A model generated the notes under the pieces. It was given only the letters and a program-made list of their open reading frames with translations, made no database searches and was not told the DNA's origin. Shown piece after piece: positions 4,763 through 9,212 of a DNA stretch of 9,212 nt (positions are counted from its first letter, which is position 1; every line of letters starts with the position of its first letter). The translations under genes were made by a program, and so were the position numbers. The DNA comes from a virus (taxonomy: Duplodnaviria; Heunggongvirae; Uroviricota; Caudoviricetes): IMG/VR virus record IMGVR_UViG_2657244931_000007; one strand, written 5' to 3'.

Positions 4763-5098
4763 ATGAACAAAAACACGTATGACACAATTTACTCACTAAT
4801 TAATTATTATGAGGATGATTACCTCCTGCCTTTAAACCGCGCTGAACTTGAAGCATACAAAGAAAACACGCCAGCGGCACTAAATGAGGCGTTTAAACAC
4901 TGGGATTTAGCTGTGAATGCCTTTGAGCACCTCTCTAAGCGTGTAGAGATGCTCTGTAAGCGTGAGAACGCATACCTGACCTGCTGTCAGATATGGGAGC
5001 TATCAAATTGGATAGAAGGTATTGAATCGGACGTTCGCTATGTAGGAGACGGACTTGTTGAACTAGCTCAACGCTTAGGCGCTATCACAGAAGAATAA
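4763..5098 (+). CDS. Hypothetical protein, 111 aa (start chosen at the ATG at 4763 rather than the ORF-track start at 4736)
   Basis: GGAG at 4749..4752 gives proper spacing to the ATG at 4763 and removes the overlap with the upstream gene; the ATGs at 4736 and 4748 have no SD. Confidence 0.65.
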   Translation: MNKNTYDTIYSLINYYEDDYLLPLNRAELEAYKENTPAALNEAFKHWDLAVNAFEHLSKRVEMLCKRENAYLTCCQIWELSNWIEGIESDVRYVGDGLVELAQRLGAITEE

Positions 5099-5103
5099 AA
5101 AAA

Positions 5104-5120
5104 GCAACAAAAAAGTTGTA
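5104..5120. promoter_or_regulatory. 17-bp element GCAACAAAAAAGTTGTA (CAAC-N6-GTTG inverted repeat), copy 1, 7 bp upstream of the late -35
   Basis: 15/17 identical to the copy at 5390..5406. Confidence 0.5.
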
Positions 5121-5127
5121 AAATATC

Positions 5128-5156
5128 TTGACATTTCATATATTGTATGTTAATAT
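5128..5156 (+). promoter_or_regulatory. Late-operon promoter: -35 TTGACA (5128..5133), 17-bp spacer, TG-extended -10 TAATAT (5151..5156)
   Basis: Same architecture as the early promoter at 2725. Confidence 0.55.
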
Positions 5157-5162
5157 AATTAT

Positions 5163-5380
5163 ATAGGGGTGATTATTTTTCCTTTATTGGTTCGATATTA
5201 AAAATTCTTCTTGTCGTTAAAGGGGAGTAAAATCTCCGCTCCCCGCTTCTCCTCCTCCTTAAGTGTCATTATTACCTCTTTTTTCCTTTGTTATGCATAC
5301 ATCTTGGAGTATGCATAACATAGGGTAATTACATAGGTACAAGTTAATAAAAGGCGGCTTTAAATGCTGCCTTTTATTTT
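5163..5380 (+). ncRNA. Candidate ~215-nt leader or small RNA from the late promoter to the intrinsic terminator
   Basis: Contains hairpin GGGGAG/CTCCCC (5222..5244), CU-rich anti-SD-like tract CTTCTCCTCCTCCTT (5246..5260), perfect 11-bp inverted repeat GTTATGCATAC-N8-GTATGCATAAC (5290..5319), and ends at the terminator 5352..5380; no convincing ORF inside. Confidence 0.35.
5352..5380 (+). terminator. Rho-independent terminator (stem AGGCGGC / GCUGCCU with one G-U pair, loop UUUAAAU, then UUUUAUUUU)
   Basis: 7-bp stem at 5352..5358 / 5366..5372, followed by the T-run 5373..5380. Confidence 0.55.
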
Positions 5381-5389
5381 GCCCGTTAT

Positions 5390-5406
5390 GCAACTTAAAA
5401 GTTGTA
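5390..5406. promoter_or_regulatory. 17-bp element GCAACTTAAAAGTTGTA, copy 2, just past the leader terminator and 37 bp upstream of the 5443 gene
   Basis: 15/17 identical to the copy at 5104..5120. Confidence 0.5.
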
Positions 5407-5442
5407 TTTCTTACTTTAAACAAGGTAACAAGGTTTATATAA

Positions 5443-5655
5443 ATGTTGTTCTTAAATGATAAAGAGCAAATCATCAAGTATAAAGATGAAATGCTGAAAA
5501 TTAATCCACAAATTACCGAAATGGTAGCTAAATACGCTGGGTGTTCTGTCGAGGAAGTAGAAAGATGTGTTGAAAAATATTTTTCTCCTTCTTCTCCGTC
5601 TACACCTTCCCTTAATGAATTAATCAAATTAAAAGCTAAGGAGATTACTAAATGA
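5443..5655 (+). CDS. Hypothetical protein, 70 aa, first gene of the structural operon
   Basis: ATGA start/stop overlap with the next gene suggests translational coupling; weak SD AAGG upstream. Confidence 0.6.
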   Translation: MLFLNDKEQIIKYKDEMLKINPQITEMVAKYAGCSVEEVERCVEKYFSPSSPSTPSLNELIKLKAKEITK

Positions 5656-6023
5656 TTATTGATTTAGACACTCTTTTTCCAAGTCGAAAGACGTTTACAG
5701 ATCTGGTGGCTTATTGTACTGATCCGTTTGCCTCTGTAGAAAACAAGGTTTTTGCTTCTCTTCCTGCTGATGTTGAATGCGGAGACTTGATCACCAGCAC
5801 TGGCGCTAAATATGAATCAGGAGATGATATCTATGTTGTTATGAGTGAATTTGTAACTGCTGATTCAAATAAAACAGTTAACGTGCTTCGTGCTAATGCC
5901 GGACTCGTTTGCATCAAAGCTGATGCCCTGAATGCCGAAGGCGCTGTAAAAGAAGCTGCTATTGCAGCTCTCGCTGCTAAAGGCTTCCAGCTTGAAGGCT
6001 TTAATACGGTTTTCACTTCTTAA
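5652..6023 (+). CDS. Hypothetical protein, 123 aa; decoration-protein-like by position and size only
   Basis: RBS AAGGAG at 5638..5643; immediately upstream of the capsid-like gene; no sequence resemblance to a known decoration protein was recognised. Confidence 0.7.
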   Translation: MIIDLDTLFPSRKTFTDLVAYCTDPFASVENKVFASLPADVECGDLITSTGAKYESGDDIYVVMSEFVTADSNKTVNVLRANAGLVCIKADALNAEGAVKEAAIAALAAKGFQLEGFNTVFTS

Positions 6024-6041
6024 TAAAAGGAATAATAATAA

Positions 6042-7070
6042 ATGATTCTAGGTAATGATTACGTTGATTTAGCTCCTCTGTTCTCTGCGCATAGCACTAG
6101 AAATTATCTGCTTTCTACTCTTGATTTTACGGATTCTGTAGGGGTTACATCTCATAAAGTAGCTGTTTCCCAGCTTGTCGAAAGCAACGAATCTCTCTTT
6201 AACAAAGAGACAAGCCGTTTTAGTTCTGAACACAATGTTACTAAGCGAGAACAAGGTAAAGAATGGCTGATCGAAATCCCTTACTTCCTGCGTGAGGATG
6301 TTATCCGTCCCTCTGATGTTCAAGGCAAACGTAAGTCTGGCACTGATTTTCAGGAAACACTCACTGATATTTATGCGGAATATATCGCTAAACACCACGT
6401 AGCGTATCAGCGCACTAAAGAGAGCGTGCTGGCGGCTTCTTTGTTCTCTGGCAAAACTTACACGCCTAAAACTGATGATGTGTTAATTGAGTGGGGCAAG
6501 CTGTTTAACGTATCAGCTATGAAAGCCACTGTGAACGCCTCCAGCACTGACACCACGAAGATTTTTAAAGAATTTGATCAGATTGCTACTGACATTATCG
6601 AAAAAGCACAAAGCCAGGCGGCTGCTGTAGAGCGTATTGTTGTTTTCTGTAAGCCGGAAGCCTTCTCTGCAATTCGATTCTCTGCTGGTATGGCAAACGC
6701 ATTCCAGTACGTAAGCCCACTGGAAGAAGGGAACGTTGTGTATCAGCGTCGTGACCTGCTACCAGGAGTGACAGCGTTCACTATTCCAGGAACTAACATT
6801 GATGTTGTTAAACTGGTAGATCCGCTACACCTGGCACATATGACCGCAGACGCTGTAGCTGTGCCTAAATTCGCTAAAGGCTCTAACGTATATCAGAACA
6901 TCTACGGGGCTGCTTCCAGCACCTTTGAACTGATCAATGCCGATCCTACTGAGGTGTACAGCTATAGCTATGAATCTTCTCGTGGTGATGCTGTGAACGT
7001 TGTTACAGAGAATAGCCAGATGGTTGTAAACCACGGTGTAGGCTTCTCCGTTCAAATCACTGTTAAATAA
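6042..7070 (+). CDS. Putative phage major capsid protein, 342 aa (possibly lambda gpE-like; tentative)
   Basis: Size, beta-rich composition, and a strong intrinsic terminator directly downstream, as often seen after major capsid genes. Short segments (LAASLFSGKTYTPK, DLLPGVTAFTIPG) loosely recall lambda gpE from memory; not verified. Confidence 0.45.
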   Translation: MILGNDYVDLAPLFSAHSTRNYLLSTLDFTDSVGVTSHKVAVSQLVESNESLFNKETSRFSSEHNVTKREQGKEWLIEIPYFLREDVIRPSDVQGKRKSGTDFQETLTDIYAEYIAKHHVAYQRTKESVLAASLFSGKTYTPKTDDVLIEWGKLFNVSAMKATVNASSTDTTKIFKEFDQIATDIIEKAQSQAAAVERIVVFCKPEAFSAIRFSAGMANAFQYVSPLEEGNVVYQRRDLLPGVTAFTIPGTNIDVVKLVDPLHLAHMTADAVAVPKFAKGSNVYQNIYGAASSTFELINADPTEVYSYSYESSRGDAVNVVTENSQMVVNHGVGFSVQITVK

Positions 7071-7089
7071 TATTTTAACGTGTAATAGA

Positions 7090-7123
7090 GGCGTGGCGTG
7101 TATTCACGCTTCGCCTTTTTTTT
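7090..7123 (+). terminator. Strong rho-independent terminator after the capsid-like gene
   Basis: GC-rich stem GGCGTGGCGTG / CACGCTTCGCC (7090..7115) with TATT loop, followed by 8 Ts (7116..7123) and more T-rich sequence. Confidence 0.75.
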
Positions 7124-7156
7124 ATTTATTTTTAAATTTTGAGAGGTGATTAAAAT

Positions 7157-7360
7157 ATGGAAGTGATTTTGAAATCAAAAAATGGTGTACACGTACATTT
7201 AGATGCTAATGATTCTAGAGGCTTGTTAAATCTGAAATATCTATGTTCTCTCTTAGATGTTCCATATGAAGGCGTAAAAGCCCGTATGTTCAGACTAAAC
7301 GAGAGTATTGATCAGGCTCTACACCATTTCTTAAGCAAAGAAGGTGATAAAAATGATTAA
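7157..7360 (+). CDS. Hypothetical protein, 67 aa
   Basis: RBS GAGAGGTGA at 7141..7149; only about 34 bp after the terminator, so likely expressed by read-through. Confidence 0.6.
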   Translation: MEVILKSKNGVHVHLDANDSRGLLNLKYLCSLLDVPYEGVKARMFRLNESIDQALHHFLSKEGDKND

Positions 7361-7374
7361 TAAGGGGATTTTAA

Positions 7375-9204
7375 ATGTTAGAAATTAACACTTCTAAAAT
7401 TAAGAACACAGTAACATTTAGTGTAGATAAAGACAGCTTGAAAAAAGCGAAAGACTCTATTACAGGCTTAAAGGAATTCGCAGAAAACATCAAGCCAGCT
7501 AAATTAAGATTTGATAATGTCACTAAAGGCTATAAGAAAGCACAAAGTGAAGTAGATAAGATTGCTCAACAGAAAGCCAAAACAGAAAAGCAGAATCAAA
7601 GAGCACAAGCTGCCGCAGCAAGAGCACAGGCAAGGCAACAGGCACAAATAGCAGCACGTAAAGAGAAAGCAGAATTAAAACTGTTAGACGTTGGATCAAG
7701 CATTAGTGCAATGCACCGTCTCTCTGTAGCGGAACAATACAAAGCTATTGCACAGGCTAGAGAGATAGCAAAACAATACGAACAAGGCGCTATCAGCTTG
7801 GCGCGTATGAATAGCCAGATGAAACGCCTACAACAACAACAACGTAAGATTAATGGCAACCGAAAAGCACAATTTGCCCCCGTTAAAGGAGGATCAGGGA
7901 ATTCCGCCACTATGGGCGCTCTGTTATTTGGAGGCGCTACGGCTGCTGCTGGCGTGATGGCTGTTAGTAAAACCTCTGAATTTATGGCTAATAGCTTTGC
8001 GAATGCTGAAACACAAGGAGAATTAATCCAACGTGCAAGGCTTGGCGGTGTAGACGTTAACCAGATGTACAACATTACAGAATGGGCGTATAAAAACGGC
8101 GTTGATTCTATGATGGGTGATCAAGGGGCTAGGAAATACCTGGATCAGATGAAAGATGTTAGGGAACGTGCCGCAAAATCCTACAGTGAAGCTGAATTGG
8201 TGAAAGACAAGAAAGGAAAATCTGAATGGAAAGGCGGTGATAACGCTATTAATGAACTTCTAAACATCGGTGTTATTAACAAAAGCGACCTTAAAAAATT
8301 TGCTGATAATCCGGCTGGATTAATTTCTAAGGCTGTTAATGGAATGATGAAAAAAGGGTTTTCAGACTCCCAAATTGGACAACGTTTAGAAGACCTGGGC
8401 GATGATTTGATGCTTACATCAAAATATTGGCAACGTTCCGTTAAAGATGTACAAGAAAGTATTAATCAGCAAAAAGCCTCTGGAAAATGGCTAACAGAAA
8501 CACAGCAAGACTCTATTGTTAAATTCAGAGAACTAAACAGACAGCTTTCACAGCTTTCTGATGCAAGACAAGTAGCATTCGTAGACGGGTTTATGAAATC
8601 TCTTGATCCAAAAGTAACGGAAGAGTTTATGAAAAACCTTTCTAATCTCACTCCGTATTTTACGAAGCTTGGCGAAGCGTCTGGAAGTCTTTTTGAAGCT
8701 ATTATGAAGGTTGTAAACTGGTTTAATCGTAATGATGATAAGACAGATGCTATTCAGAAAAATATGGGAGATGCACCGCCATTAAGCAATGAAGGGATGA
8801 AACAGAATCTTTCTAATCTCGTTCCTGATCAATATAAAGGCGCTGGCACTGCAACAACTACACCTGATAATAGTCATTCTCTCTTTAACACGATTAAGGG
8901 ATGGCTTTTCGATGATAATGCTTCTTCTGTGTCAGATGTAAAAATGTCAGTCAGCGAAGCACCGATAACCAATCTCAAACAGGGTGCTTTAAATAATCTT
9001 GCAATGACAACTCCGGCTTATAATTTATCTCCTGTGTTTAATCTGAATCCTACATTTGAAGTGGTAACAGAAGTGCCTCTTACTATTAATTCTGACACGT
9101 CAAGATTAAGCGATTATGTGGATTTTACAGCGAGAGCAAGTCGGGATAGCTTCTTGAAATCATTAACATTAACCAGCTTATCAGGACAATCTAACGGCGG
9201 GTAA
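7375..9204 (+). CDS. Large virion-associated-type protein, 609 aa: coiled-coil Ala/Gln-rich N-terminus and a Gly/Ala-rich hydrophobic segment; tape-measure-like or internal/ejection protein (function uncertain)
   Basis: RBS AAGGGGA at 7361..7367; AQAAAARAQARQQAQIAARKEKAELK coiled-coil region; hydrophobic TMGALLFGGATAAAGVMAVS at about residues 180..200; ORF reaches the end of the window. Confidence 0.8.
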   Translation: MLEINTSKIKNTVTFSVDKDSLKKAKDSITGLKEFAENIKPAKLRFDNVTKGYKKAQSEVDKIAQQKAKTEKQNQRAQAAAARAQARQQAQIAARKEKAELKLLDVGSSISAMHRLSVAEQYKAIAQAREIAKQYEQGAISLARMNSQMKRLQQQQRKINGNRKAQFAPVKGGSGNSATMGALLFGGATAAAGVMAVSKTSEFMANSFANAETQGELIQRARLGGVDVNQMYNITEWAYKNGVDSMMGDQGARKYLDQMKDVRERAAKSYSEAELVKDKKGKSEWKGGDNAINELLNIGVINKSDLKKFADNPAGLISKAVNGMMKKGFSDSQIGQRLEDLGDDLMLTSKYWQRSVKDVQESINQQKASGKWLTETQQDSIVKFRELNRQLSQLSDARQVAFVDGFMKSLDPKVTEEFMKNLSNLTPYFTKLGEASGSLFEAIMKVVNWFNRNDDKTDAIQKNMGDAPPLSNEGMKQNLSNLVPDQYKGAGTATTTPDNSHSLFNTIKGWLFDDNASSVSDVKMSVSEAPITNLKQGALNNLAMTTPAYNLSPVFNLNPTFEVVTEVPLTINSDTSRLSDYVDFTARASRDSFLKSLTLTSLSGQSNGG

Positions 9205-9212
9205 TTCCCGCC
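9196..9212 (+). other. GC-rich inverted repeat GGCGGG-TAATT-CCCGCC overlapping the stop codon, cut off by the window end; possible terminator stem
   Basis: 6-bp arms at 9196..9201 and 9207..9212. Confidence 0.3.

Noticed and set aside
5180-5200. tRNA-like GGTTCGAT (T-loop-like) in the late leader
   Set aside because: No flanking complementary T-stem, acceptor stem or anticodon arm could be built; isolated motif only.
5259-5627. Minus-strand ORF of 122 aa spanning the late leader, terminator and start of the 70-aa gene
   Set aside because: Would run antisense through the predicted terminator and promoter-proximal region; the AGGAGG-like sequence it contains is the complement of the CU-rich leader tract, not an SD at its own start.
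5831-7055. Minus-strand ORFs 5831..6016, 6069..6398 and 6825..7055
   Set aside because: All antisense within the 123-aa and 342-aa plus-strand genes; no translation signals; Ala/Arg-rich reverse-frame composition.
7596-8651. Minus-strand ORFs 7596..8075 and 8466..8651
   Set aside because: Antisense to the 609-aa gene; Cys/Ala-rich low-complexity translation mirrors the Ala/Gln-rich sense frame.

Overview
AT-rich window that reads like part of a phage, phage-plasmid or satellite-like mobile element; everything below is from reading the sequence by eye, with no database search or folding run. Layout, left to right: (1) a 179-aa small serine recombinase (resolvase/invertase family) on the minus strand, 244..783; (2) a roughly 2.1-kb stretch (784..2862) with no ORF of 60 aa or more on either strand, packed with several distinct repeat families: phased A-tracts, palindromic iterons next to an AT-rich tract, a GC-rich island with nested hairpins, and a short ATTACAC motif present in many copies in opposing orientations; (3) a plus-strand operon of small DNA-binding-type proteins (62-aa protein, ribbon-helix-helix protein, two winged-helix-like proteins, two unknowns) behind a consensus-like sigma70 promoter; (4) a second consensus-like promoter with a long structured leader ending in an intrinsic terminator, followed by a structural-looking module: 70-aa and 123-aa proteins, a 342-aa capsid-like protein with a strong terminator after it, a 67-aa protein and a 609-aa coiled-coil protein. 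The most interesting part is the gene-free repeat-dense region, which I read as a candidate replication origin plus recombinase site and possibly a structured RNA, and the late-type promoter-leader-terminator cassette flanked by 17-bp direct repeats. Functional calls other than the recombinase are recalled family resemblance and are hedged accordingly.
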